Shown here: one piece after another, positions 8,840 through 17,816 of the stretch
Layout: each line of letters begins with the position of its first letter
Numbering within the stretch: position 1 is the first letter of the stretch
Assembly (NCBI GenBank): GCA_037440005.1
Contig: JBBIUY010000036.1
Coordinates: 1 to 30,956, forward strand
Source: Armatimonadota bacterium
Lineage (GTDB): Bacteria; Sysuimicrobiota; Sysuimicrobiia; Sysuimicrobiales; Kaftiobacteriaceae
Direction of reading: 5' to 3'
Length of the DNA stretch: 30,956 bases
Program-made: the position numbers and the translations under genes
Notes under the pieces: model-generated
What the model was told of the DNA's origin: nothing
Databases searched by the model: none
The model's input: the letters and a program-made list of their open reading frames with translations, nothing else

Positions 8840-10920
8840 CGCCCCTCCGCCCCCACGGTGAGGATCAGATTCCCCTGGGCGTCCACCACCAGGCGGTCCT
8901 CGGGCCACAGGAGCGTGGTGGCCTCCGGCTCCTCCACCACCGCCGGACCCTCCACCGCCGCGCCCTCGGGCAGCGCCGCCCGGTCGTAGACCGGCACCGG
9001 GACGAACCCGCGGTCGGGCAGGTAGACGGGCCGGCGGTCCCGCAGCGCCGTCCGGGGCCGCCCGCCCCCGTCGGCGGCGGCCCGCAGGTCCACCGGGGGC
9101 GCCGGGGCGCTGACCCGCACCCGCCAGTTCAGCACCTGCACCGGATAGCCGTCCAGGGCCAGGCCGTACAGGCGGGCGTACTCGGCGTCAAAACGCTCCC
9201 GCAGCGCCTGCGCCGCCTCCGGGCCCACGCGCTCGGGGACGGCGACCTCGATGTCATGAAACTGGCCCAGATAGCGCATCTCGGCCCGACGCTCGCTGGC
9301 CACGGCCGAGGCCTCCCCGCCGGCGGCCAGGACCACCTCGCGGCCGGCGGACTCCATCTCGGCCAGCATCCGCTCCACCGCCTCCCAGTCCAGCTCGGCC
9401 AGGTCCCCGGCCAGCGACCGGCCCAGGTCCACTCCGGGCGGAGCCACCAGCAGGCCCACCGCCGACGCCAGCCCCGAGGCCGGCGGGACGATGACCTGCC
9501 GCATGCCCAGCAGCCGCGCCACGCGCGCCGCCGCCGCGGGGCCCGCGCCCCCGAACCCCACCAGCGCGCAGCGGCGCGGGTCCTGGCCGCGCTCGATGAG
9601 GTACAGCCGCGCCGCCTGGGCCATGCTCTCGCAGACCACCGCGAAGATCCCCCAGGCGGCGGCCACCGGATCCAGCCCCAGCTGCGCTCCCACCCGCGCC
9701 ACCGCGTCGCGGGCGGCGGCGCCGTCCAGGGGCATCGTCCCGCCCAGGAAGGATGCGGGGTCGTAGTAGCCCAGGACCACGCAGGCGTCGGTGACGGTGG
9801 CCTCGGTGCCTCCGCGGCCGTAGCAGGCCGGTCCGGGATCCGCGCCGGCACTGCGGGGCCCGACCCGCAGCAGGCCCATGGCGTCCACGCCGGCGATGCT
9901 GCCGCCTCCCGCCCCGATCTCAATCATGTCCACCACGGCGGTCTTCACCGGCAGGCCCGAGCCGGGGGTGAAGCGGTGCACCCGGGCCACCTCCAGCATG
10001 GACGTGACCGTCGGCCGGCCGTCGCGGACCAGGCAGATCTTGGCGGTGGTCCCGCCCATGTCGAAGGCCACCAGGTCCGGCCGGCCCAGCCGGCCGCCCA
10101 GGGCCCCGGCGAGCAGCGCGCCGGCGGCCGGCCCGGACTCCAGCAGCCGCACCGGGAACTGACGGGCCAGGTCCGGGGCCGCCAGGGTGCCCGAGGACAG
10201 CATCAGCAGCAGCCGCCCGCGAAAGCCCTGCTCCGCCAGGGCGTCCTCCAGGCGGTGCAGGTAGCGGTCCACCAACGGCTGCACGTAGGCGTTGCAGACG
10301 GTGGTGCTGGTGCGCTCGTACTCGCGGATCTCGGGGCTGACCTCGCTGCTCAGCGACACCGCCAGGTGGGGAAACTCCTCCCGGATCAGGCGGCGGACCT
10401 CCTGCTCGTGGACGGGGTTGCGATAGGCGTGCAGGAAGCAGACCGCCACCGCCGCCACCCCCTGGCGCACCAGAGCCCGCAGGGCCCGGCGCACCTGGTC
10501 CCGGTCCAGGGGCACCCGCACCTCGCCGTCGCGGGTGATCCGCTCGCGGATGCCCACCCGCCACCGGCGCGGCACCAGGGGCTCGGGGAAGCGCAGGAAC
10601 AGGTCGTAGATGTCGTAGCGCTGCTCTTTGCCCATCTCCAGGATGTCCCGGAACCCCTCGGTGGTGAGCAGGGCGGTGGGCGCCCCGGTGCGCTCCAGCA
10701 GGGCGTTGGTGACCAGGGTGGTGGCGTGGATGATGGCGTCCAGCTGCGAGACCGCGATGCCGGCGCGGTCGCACAGCTGCCGCAGCCCGGCCAGGGCTCC
10801 CTCTTCGGGGGCGCGGGGAGTGGTCAGCACCTTGTGCCGGTGCAGGCGTCCGGTGGACTGATCCAGCAGGACCAGGTCGGTGAAGGTGCCGCCGATGTCC
10901 ACGGCCGCACGGTACCTCAT
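8836..10920 (-). CDS. Hydantoinase A / oxoprolinase ATP-dependent subunit (HyuA-like)
   Basis: DIGGTFTD, HATTLVTNALL, LESGPAAG, FDMGGTT, IGAGGGSI, SAGADPGPACYG and FGGAGP motifs; ATGA overlap with the upstream ATPase stop. Confidence 0.94.
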   Translation of the reverse strand: MRYRAAVDIGGTFTDLVLLDQSTGRLHRHKVLTTPRAPEEGALAGLRQLCDRAGIAVSQLDAIIHATTLVTNALLERTGAPTALLTTEGFRDILEMGKEQRYDIYDLFLRFPEPLVPRRWRVGIRERITRDGEVRVPLDRDQVRRALRALVRQGVAAVAVCFLHAYRNPVHEQEVRRLIREEFPHLAVSLSSEVSPEIREYERTSTTVCNAYVQPLVDRYLHRLEDALAEQGFRGRLLLMLSSGTLAAPDLARQFPVRLLESGPAAGALLAGALGGRLGRPDLVAFDMGGTTAKICLVRDGRPTVTSMLEVARVHRFTPGSGLPVKTAVVDMIEIGAGGGSIAGVDAMGLLRVGPRSAGADPGPACYGRGGTEATVTDACVVLGYYDPASFLGGTMPLDGAAARDAVARVGAQLGLDPVAAAWGIFAVVCESMAQAARLYLIERGQDPRRCALVGFGGAGPAAAARVARLLGMRQVIVPPASGLASAVGLLVAPPGVDLGRSLAGDLAELDWEAVERMLAEMESAGREVVLAAGGEASAVASERRAEMRYLGQFHDIEVAVPERVGPEAAQALRERFDAEYARLYGLALDGYPVQVLNWRVRVSAPAPPVDLRAAADGGGRPRTALRDRRPVYLPDRGFVPVPVYDRAALPEGAAVEGPAVVEEPEATTLLWPEDRLVVDAQGNLILTVGAEGR

Positions 10921-12008
10921 GGCATCGCCCCCTCGGCGTCCGCCCGCCGGTCCGGGTCGGGGTCGGGCGACCCGCGGGCCGGCACCGGCAGCCGGTGGGC
11001 CGCCAGGGCCTGCTGGGCCGCCGCTCCGACGGCGGGATCGTACAGGATGCACCGCACCCGGTGGTGCGGGCCGATGGGGATCAGCTCGGGCGCCACCCGA
11101 TCGCACCCTTCGATGCGCGCGTAGCAGCGGGGGTGGAAGCTGCACCCCGACGGCACCCGGGCGGCGCTGGGAATCTCCCCCCGCAGCACGATCTTCTCCG
11201 GGATCAGCGTCCTCTCCTCATCGGACACCGTGGGGATCGCCGACAGCAGCGCCCGGGTGTAGGGGTGGGCGGGGCGGCAGAAGAGGACCTCCGCCGGCGC
11301 CACCTCCACCACCTTGCCCAGGTACATCACCGCCACGACGTCCGCCACGGCCCGCACCAGGCTCAGGTCGTGGGAGATGAACAGGTAGGTCAGCCCCAGC
11401 TCCCGCTGCAGCCGCCGCAGCAGGGCGATGATCTTGGCCTGCACCGACACGTCCAGGGCGGAGGTGGGTTCGTCCAGGACCACCACCTTCGGGTGCAGGG
11501 CCAGAGCGCGGGCGATGGCCACCCGCTGGCGCTGGCCGCCGCTGAGGGCGTGGGGGTAGCGGAACAGAAACTGCCCGGGCGGCAGCTCCACCAGGTCCAG
11601 CAGCTCGGCCACCCGCCGCAGCCGCTGCAGGGGCCCGCCCCGGCCGTGGACGATCAGGGGCTCCTCGACGATGTCCTTGACGCGCTTGCGGGGGTTCAGG
11701 GAGGAGGCCGGATTCTGGAAGACCATCTGCAGGTGGCGGCGCACCTCCCGCAGCTCCCGGTCGGTCAGGTGGGTGATGTCCCGGCCGTCGAACACGATCC
11801 GGCCGGCGGTGGGCGGGAGCAGCCGGACCAGCAGCCGGCCCAGGGTGGTCTTGCCGGACCCGGTCTCCCCCACCAGCCCCAGGGTCTGGCCGGCGTCCAC
11901 GGACAGGGTGACGCCGTCCACCGCGCGGACCACCCCCACCGGGCGGCGCAGCAGGCCGGCGGTGATGGGGAAGTGCTTGGTCAGGTCCACGGCTTCCAGC
12001 AGGGCCAT
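10917..12008 (-). CDS. Oligopeptide/dipeptide ABC transporter ATP-binding protein (OppF/DppF-like)
   Basis: Walker A GETGSGKT, LSGGQRQR, DEPTSALD, HPYT and C-terminal GCSFHPRC. Confidence 0.93.
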   Translation of the reverse strand: MALLEAVDLTKHFPITAGLLRRPVGVVRAVDGVTLSVDAGQTLGLVGETGSGKTTLGRLLVRLLPPTAGRIVFDGRDITHLTDRELREVRRHLQMVFQNPASSLNPRKRVKDIVEEPLIVHGRGGPLQRLRRVAELLDLVELPPGQFLFRYPHALSGGQRQRVAIARALALHPKVVVLDEPTSALDVSVQAKIIALLRRLQRELGLTYLFISHDLSLVRAVADVVAVMYLGKVVEVAPAEVLFCRPAHPYTRALLSAIPTVSDEERTLIPEKIVLRGEIPSAARVPSGCSFHPRCYARIEGCDRVAPELIPIGPHHRVRCILYDPAVGAAAQQALAAHRLPVPARGSPDPDPDRRADAEGAMP

Positions 12009-13048
12009 CAGGAAGTCCCCCGGGGGTACAGGTGGCAGGCCACGTGCCGGCCGGGCTCCACCTCCACGAGCGGCGGGCGCACCCGGTCGCAGACCTCCAT
12101 GCGGAACGGGCAGCGGGGGCTGAACCGGCAGGCCGGCGGCGGCGCGGTGTAGTCGGGGATCCGTCCTTCGATGCCCTCGCCGATGCGCCCGTCCAGCCGC
12201 GGGACCGCGGCCAGCAGCCCCTGGGTGTACGGGTGCAGGGGGCGGGAGAACAGCTGCGCGGCGGGCGCCGTCTCCACGATCTCCCCGGCGTACATGACGC
12301 AGATCCGGTCGCTGACCGCGCGCGCCACGCCCAGGTTGTGGGTGATGTACAGCACCGACAGCCCCCGGGTGCGGACCAGGTCCAGCAGTTCGGTCAGGAT
12401 CTGGTCCTGGATGGAGACGTCCAGGGCGGTGCCCAGCTCGTCGGCGATCAGCAGCCGGGGGTTGCCCAGCAGCGCCAGGGCGATCTGCACCCGCTGGCGC
12501 ATCCCTCCCGACAGCTCCACCGGGTAGCGGTGCCAGATCCCTTCGGGGTCGGGAATGCGCACCACCCGCAGCATCTCCAGGCAGCGGCGGCGCAGCCCGC
12601 CGTCCCGGCGGCCGAGCAGGCGCGCCCGCGGGGCTCCCTGCCAGGCGGCCACGTCCAGCATCTGCTCGCCGACGGTGAACACCGGGTTCAGCGCCGTACT
12701 CGGGTCCTGGAAGACCAGGGCGATCTGCCGGCCGCGGATTGCCTGCAGGGCGGACTCGGACAGGGACAGCAGGTCGGTGCCCTCAAACAGCACCCGTCCG
12801 GATACCCGGGCCGCCGGCGGCAGCAGGCCCAGGATGGCCCGGGCGGTGAGGGATTTGCCGCAGCCGGTCTCGCCCACCAGCGCCACGCTCTCCCCCCGGC
12901 CGACGGTCAGGCTGACGCCGTTGAGGACCCGCGCCACCCCCTCGTACAGGCGGAACTGGACCGTCAGGTCCTCCACCGCCAGCAGAGGTCCGACCGTCCC
13001 GGACCCCCGATCCCGAATCTCGGATCCCGTCAGCTGCCCGCCCGCCAC
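12008..13048 (-). CDS. Oligopeptide/dipeptide ABC transporter ATP-binding protein (OppD/DppD-like)
   Basis: GETGCGKS, LSGGMRQR, DELGTALD, HPYT and CRFSPRC. Probable GTG start at 13048 with GGAG SD inside the end of the upstream permease gene. Confidence 0.9.
   Translation of the reverse strand: MAGGQLTGSEIRDRGSGTVGPLLAVEDLTVQFRLYEGVARVLNGVSLTVGRGESVALVGETGCGKSLTARAILGLLPPAARVSGRVLFEGTDLLSLSESALQAIRGRQIALVFQDPSTALNPVFTVGEQMLDVAAWQGAPRARLLGRRDGGLRRRCLEMLRVVRIPDPEGIWHRYPVELSGGMRQRVQIALALLGNPRLLIADELGTALDVSIQDQILTELLDLVRTRGLSVLYITHNLGVARAVSDRICVMYAGEIVETAPAAQLFSRPLHPYTQGLLAAVPRLDGRIGEGIEGRIPDYTAPPPACRFSPRCPFRMEVCDRVRPPLVEVEPGRHVACHLYPRGTS
12997..13031. repeat. Five imperfect tandem heptamers (consensus TCCCGGA)
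   Basis: tcccgga cccccga tcccgaa tctcgga tcccgtc at the permease/ATPase junction. Confidence 0.55.
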
Positions 13049-13935
13049 TGCTCGATCTCCACGTCGAAGACGTCCCGCAGCCCGTCGCCCAGCAGGTTGA
13101 AACCCAGCACCGTGACGAAGATGGCCAGTCCCGGAAACGTCGCCGCCCACCAGGCGCCGGGCAGGTAGTTGCGCCCTTCCGCGATCATCGTCCCCCACTC
13201 GGGAGTGGGAGGCTGCGCTCCCAGGCCCAGGAAACTGAGGCCCGAGGCGGTGAGGATCACAAAGCCCATGTCCAGGGTGACCTTGACGATCACCGGCGAC
13301 CAGGTGTTGGGCAGGATCTCCCGGAAGGCGATGCGCCACGGCGACGCGCCCACGGCGCGGCTGGCCTCCACGAACTGCTGCTCGCGCAGGGACAGGACCT
13401 GGCCGTACACCAGCCGCGTGTACCACGGCCACCAGGCGAACGCGATGGCGATCATGGCGGTGGACAGGGTCGGGCGCAGGGCGGCGGTCACCGCCAGGGC
13501 CAGGGCGATGGGCGGCACCGCCAGAAAGACGTCGGTGACCCGCATGATCAGGTCTCCCGCCCGCCCGCCGAAGTAGCCCGCCACCACGCCCAGGGGCACG
13601 CCCACGGCCACCGCGATGGCCAGGACGGCCGCCCCCAGGGCCAGGGAGATGCGGGCGCCGAACAGGATCCGGGAGAGGATGTCCCGGCCGGCGTCGTCGG
13701 TGCCCAGCCAGTGGCGGGCGCTGGGAGGCTGCAGGGCGTGGTCGAAGTCCACGAAGACGCCGGCGTGGCGAGGGTAGGGGGCGAGGACCGGGGCGAACAC
13801 CGCCCCCGCCACCACCGCCGCCACGATGCCGGCCCCGACCAGGGAGAGGGAGGACTGGCGGAACCGCGCCCACATCTTCCGCCACTCGTCGGCCCGCACC
13901 GCGCGCAGGGAGGGAACGGCGACGGCTTCAGCCAT
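13030..13935 (-). CDS. Peptide ABC transporter permease (OppC/DppC-like)
   Basis: HWLGTDDAGRDILSR, EAA-loop FVEASRAVGAS and LSFLGLGAQPPTPEWG. Confidence 0.93.
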   Translation of the reverse strand: MAEAVAVPSLRAVRADEWRKMWARFRQSSLSLVGAGIVAAVVAGAVFAPVLAPYPRHAGVFVDFDHALQPPSARHWLGTDDAGRDILSRILFGARISLALGAAVLAIAVAVGVPLGVVAGYFGGRAGDLIMRVTDVFLAVPPIALALAVTAALRPTLSTAMIAIAFAWWPWYTRLVYGQVLSLREQQFVEASRAVGASPWRIAFREILPNTWSPVIVKVTLDMGFVILTASGLSFLGLGAQPPTPEWGTMIAEGRNYLPGAWWAATFPGLAIFVTVLGFNLLGDGLRDVFDVEIEQWRAGS

Positions 13936-14932
13936 AGCGCACCCGGGGGTCAAAGTACCCGTACAGGATGTCGGTGAGGAGGTTGACCACGGCGTAGGCG
14001 GCGCCGATCACCAGGGTGACGGCGATGACCCCGTTGAAGTCCTTAAAGCGCAGGGCGTCCACCCCGTAAAACGCCAGCCCCGGCCAGGCGAACACCGTCT
14101 CCACCAGGAACGCGTTGCCCAGCAGGAAGCCGTAGCTCAGCCCCAGGATGGTCAGGGTCGCCGTGAAGGCGTTCTTGAGCAGGTACTTGTAGATAATCAG
14201 GTTGGCCGGCAGCCCGTAGGATCGCGCGGCCAGGGCGTACTCCCGACGCATCTCCTCGATCATGCCGGCCCGGATCAGGCGCATCACCTGGGCCAGGGTG
14301 CCCACCGACAGGGCCAGGGCCGGCATGGCCAGGTGCCGCAGGGACGTCCAGAAGGCGTCCACCCGTCCGGCCAGCAGGCTGTCCACCAGGTACAGCCCCG
14401 TCACCTGGACCGGCGGGGCGGGGCCGCGGCCGATGGTGGGCAGCCACCGCAGGTGGTAGGCCAGCAGCAGCTGCAGCAGGATCGCCAGCCAGAACCGCGG
14501 CAGCGCCACCCCCACCAGGGCCAGGATCCGGCTGACGTGGTCGGGGGCCTGGTCCTTGCGCACCGCGGCCAGGACGCCCAGGGGCACGCCCACCGCCACC
14601 GCCAGCAGCATCGCCACCGTGGTGAGCTCCACCGTGGCCGGCAGCGACTCCAGGATGTCCCGGGTGACGCTGCGGTGGGTGCGCAGCGAGTAGCCGAAGT
14701 CCCCCCGCAGCACGCCGGCCACGTAGGTGAGGTACTGCACCGCCAGGGGGCGGTCCAGCCCCAGCTGGGCCCGCAGCTGGGCCACCTGCTCGTCGGTGGC
14801 CTCCAGCCCCAGGGCCAGGCGCACCGGGTCGCCGGGGATGACCCGGGAGATGACGAAGATCAGGACCGACAGCCCCACCAGGACGGGGACGATGTGCAGG
14901 GTCCGGCGGATCAGGTAGGTGCGGAAGCTCAT
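13928..14932 (-). CDS. Peptide ABC transporter permease (OppB/DppB-like)
   Basis: PGDPV, LGLDRPL, GDFGYS, PATVEL and VETVFAWPGL. Confidence 0.93.
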   Translation of the reverse strand: MSFRTYLIRRTLHIVPVLVGLSVLIFVISRVIPGDPVRLALGLEATDEQVAQLRAQLGLDRPLAVQYLTYVAGVLRGDFGYSLRTHRSVTRDILESLPATVELTTVAMLLAVAVGVPLGVLAAVRKDQAPDHVSRILALVGVALPRFWLAILLQLLLAYHLRWLPTIGRGPAPPVQVTGLYLVDSLLAGRVDAFWTSLRHLAMPALALSVGTLAQVMRLIRAGMIEEMRREYALAARSYGLPANLIIYKYLLKNAFTATLTILGLSYGFLLGNAFLVETVFAWPGLAFYGVDALRFKDFNGVIAVTLVIGAAYAVVNLLTDILYGYFDPRVRYG

Positions 14933-14941
14933 GGGGGTCCT

Positions 14942-14972
14942 GCCGGAGGGGCGGGAGAGCCGCCCCTCCGGC
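14942..14972 (-). other. 13-bp perfect stem-loop between the solute-binding protein and first permease genes (likely mRNA stabiliser or attenuator)
   Basis: gccggaggggcgg-gagag-ccgcccctccggc; no U-tract. Confidence 0.6.
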
Positions 14973-14995
14973 CGCCTCGGGCGCCGTCGGGCCGT

Positions 14996-16600
14996 CTAGC
15001 GGGCGATGGTGAAGTCCCAGAAGTTCACGTCAAAGCCCAGCAGCCCCACGTAGCGGTAGCCCTTCACGTAGTCCCGGAAGGCGATGCGGTGCAGGGGGTT
15101 GGCCACGTAGATGCTGGGCGCGTCCCGCACGATCAGCACCTGAGCCTCCTGGTACAACCGCATCTGCTGGGCGGGGTCCACCGCCCGCCGGGCCGCCTCC
15201 AGGACCTTGGTCACCTCCGGGTTTTCGTACCAGGACATGCACCGGAACGTGCCCCAGCAGCTGGGGTGGTACATGCCGTAGGTGTGGCTGTCCACGTGGG
15301 GGTATTTCAGGGTGTCGAAGATGGCGGTGATGTGGGGCGTGGTCTCGGCCTTGGTGGCCCGCTCCACCACCCGCGCCCACAGCTCGCCCACGATGTCCAG
15401 CTTGATGCCGATCTCCTCCAGGTTGCTCTGCAGCAGCAGGCCGATGAGGCGCTCCATGGGCACCGACGTCACCCACACGTACTCCAGGGTCAGCTGGCCG
15501 GGTCGCACGCCGGCTTCGGCCAGCAGCTGGCGGGCCCGGGCCACGTTGCGGGTGTACACCGGCACCGCCGGGTTCCACCCGGGCGTGCGCACCGGCACCG
15601 GCCCCCGGGCCCGGGTGGCGCCCAGGAAGATCTGCTGGATGGCCTTGTCGTAGTCGAAGGCGTAGGAGATGGCCTGGCGGATCTTCACGTTGTCCAGGGG
15701 CGCCTTCTTGGTGTTCATCTGCAGGTGGAACAGCTGAACCGTGGGGTCCTCCTTGACCACGATGCCGGGAGTGCCCTTCAGTTCCGCGAAGCTGGGCGGG
15801 GACAGCCACTGGTTCACCATGTCGGCCTGCCCGCTGCGCAGCAGCGTCTTGACCGTGGCCTCTTCCACCACGATCTTGTAGGATACCCGGGTGATCTGGC
15901 CGGGCTTCCAGCCCCGCCAGTAGTCGGGGAAGGCGGCCAGGACCAGCTCCGTGGCCCGGTCCCACCGCTCCATGCGGTACGGACCCGAGCCGGCGTCCTG
16001 GCGCTCCAGCAGGGCCGCGCCGTAGTCGCCGAACTCCCCGTAGGGGCCCGGGCGCAGGTTGGCCATGATCAGGTCCTTGTCCATGATGAAGAACAGCTCC
16101 AGGGCGCCCAAAAACGGGGCGTAGGGCTCCTTGAGGTCAAAGCGGACCGTGTAGCGGTCCACCGCGCGGGTGCTGCCCGGATCCAGGACCGGCGCGAACA
16201 CCCAGTAAAAGCCCTTCTTGATCCGCAGCAGCCGGTCCATGCTCCAGGCCACATCCTCGGCGGTGAGCTCCCGACCGCTGTGGAACTTGATCCCCCGGCG
16301 GATCCGGAAGGTGTACCGCCGGCCGTCCGGGGAGACGGTCCAGGACTCGGCCACGTGGGGCCGGGGCGCCATCGTCCCCTGCTCCACGTTGGGGTAGACC
16401 AGCGGGTCGTACATGTTGATGGCCGCGTGCAGGCTGCTCTCGTCCACCGCCCCCTGAGGGTCGATGGAGGTGACGATCTGCTGCTCGATGTAGGTGAACG
16501 TCACCTCCCGCGCCTGGGAGCCCGCCGGGACGGGAGCGGCCGCGGGCAGGAGCAGACCCAGCAGGACGGCCGTGACGATGGCCAAGACTTTCGTGCGCAC
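14996..16600 (-). CDS. Peptide ABC transporter substrate-binding protein, family 5 (OppA/DppA-like)
   Basis: Signal peptide, YDPLV, AESWTVSPDG..YTFRIRRGIKFHSG.ELTAEDV, GSGPY and IRQAISYAFD. GTG at 16600 lies 8 nt after GGAGG (alternative start 16609). Confidence 0.93.
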   Translation of the reverse strand: MRTKVLAIVTAVLLGLLLPAAAPVPAGSQAREVTFTYIEQQIVTSIDPQGAVDESSLHAAINMYDPLVYPNVEQGTMAPRPHVAESWTVSPDGRRYTFRIRRGIKFHSGRELTAEDVAWSMDRLLRIKKGFYWVFAPVLDPGSTRAVDRYTVRFDLKEPYAPFLGALELFFIMDKDLIMANLRPGPYGEFGDYGAALLERQDAGSGPYRMERWDRATELVLAAFPDYWRGWKPGQITRVSYKIVVEEATVKTLLRSGQADMVNQWLSPPSFAELKGTPGIVVKEDPTVQLFHLQMNTKKAPLDNVKIRQAISYAFDYDKAIQQIFLGATRARGPVPVRTPGWNPAVPVYTRNVARARQLLAEAGVRPGQLTLEYVWVTSVPMERLIGLLLQSNLEEIGIKLDIVGELWARVVERATKAETTPHITAIFDTLKYPHVDSHTYGMYHPSCWGTFRCMSWYENPEVTKVLEAARRAVDPAQQMRLYQEAQVLIVRDAPSIYVANPLHRIAFRDYVKGYRYVGLLGFDVNFWDFTIAR

Positions 16601-16688
16601 GGTCCTCACCTCCGGATTATTGGGGCGGGTTCGCGCGGCGGCGGGAGAATCCCTGCCGGCGGAGAACTGGCGGGGTCGGAGGCGAGAG

Positions 16689-17795
16689 ATGAAGCCGCGG
16701 GTTGTGGGATGCGCAACCCTGCTGGCTGCGGCCGTGGCGGTCGAGTCGGGATTGACTCAGCCGGTACGGGTGGGGTACGCGCCCACCGAGGCCAACAGCC
16801 AGCGCAAGGTGATCGTGGCGGACCGGGAAGTGCTGGTCACCTACACGGCGCCCGTGTCCGGGGTCCCGACGGTGCTGCTGGACAGCCAGGGCCCGGGCCC
16901 CATGCGGCGCACGGTCCTGCGGGTGAGCGCCGGGCCGGGGCCGGCCACCCTGTCCACCCTCGCCCCCGGACCGGGGGGCGAGGTGCACGCGGCGTGGACG
17001 GAGTTTATCGGGCCGCTGGGCCGGGTGCACTACCGGCGCCGGGCGGCGGGAAGGTGGGGACCTCCCGCCGCCGTCTCGCCGTCCGGCGCCTACGCCGGGT
17101 ACCCCTCTCTCGATGTGGACTCGGAAGGGCGGGTGCACCTGGCGTGGTACGGCATCCGGGAGCCGTCAGGCGGCCGGCCGGTGGCCCACGGCGGGATCTA
17201 TGAGATCTTCTATACCCGCCGCGCCGGCGGGTCGTGGAGCGTCGCCGAGGTGATCTCCCCCGGCGTCCCCGACAGCCTCAACCCCGCCCTGGTCGTCGAC
17301 GCCGCCGGCAGCGTGCACGTGGTGTGGTTCCAGTCCGACGGCCGGGCCTACCAGGTGGTGTACCGGATGAGGGGAGCGGACGGCGTGTGGACTGCGCCGG
17401 AGTACCTGACCGACGGCTCCGCGCCGTCCACCCGCCCGGCCCTGGCGGTGGACGGTGCCGGGAGGGTGCACGTGGTGTGGGAGTACCGGGACGGCGTGTG
17501 GTACCGGTCCGGGCAGGGCGGGCGGTGGGATCCCGCGGTCCCGGTCGCCGCGCGGGGACGCCGCCCGGCGGTGGGGGTGACGGGCCAGACGGTGTTCGTG
17601 GTGTGGACGGACGGCCAGGCCGTCTGGCTGCGGGCGCGGGAGCGGTCCTGGCGGGATCCGGTACGGGTGGGATCCGGCGACCACCCCAGCGTCTTTCCGT
17701 GGCGGCCGGGACAGGCGCTCCGGCCGTGGGCGGTCTGGACGGCGGAGGCGGGAGTGCAGGTGGCGGACCTGTCGGGATACCTGCAGCGGCGCTGA
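16689..17795 (+). CDS. Secreted beta-propeller-like repeat protein (BNR/sialidase-like fold, function unknown)
   Basis: Signal peptide MKPRVVGCATLLAAAVA; recurring P-x-L-x-V-D-x2-G-x-V-H-x2-W units (YPSLDVDSEGRVHLAW, NPALVVDAAGSVHVVW, RPALAVDGAGRVHVVW). Confidence 0.75.
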   Translation: MKPRVVGCATLLAAAVAVESGLTQPVRVGYAPTEANSQRKVIVADREVLVTYTAPVSGVPTVLLDSQGPGPMRRTVLRVSAGPGPATLSTLAPGPGGEVHAAWTEFIGPLGRVHYRRRAAGRWGPPAAVSPSGAYAGYPSLDVDSEGRVHLAWYGIREPSGGRPVAHGGIYEIFYTRRAGGSWSVAEVISPGVPDSLNPALVVDAAGSVHVVWFQSDGRAYQVVYRMRGADGVWTAPEYLTDGSAPSTRPALAVDGAGRVHVVWEYRDGVWYRSGQGGRWDPAVPVAARGRRPAVGVTGQTVFVVWTDGQAVWLRARERSWRDPVRVGSGDHPSVFPWRPGQALRPWAVWTAEAGVQVADLSGYLQRR

Positions 17796-17816
17796 ATGCG
17801 CCCGGGGAGGGACCGG

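Noticed and set aside
13826..17203. 1125-aa plus-strand ORF, and similar long ORFs such as 4109-5740, 7448-8989, 9256-11124, 23968-26823 and 28991-30835
   Set aside because: Antisense or alternate-frame shadows of well-supported genes; low-complexity Gly/Arg/Pro/His/Gln composition with no motifs, as expected in very GC-rich DNA.
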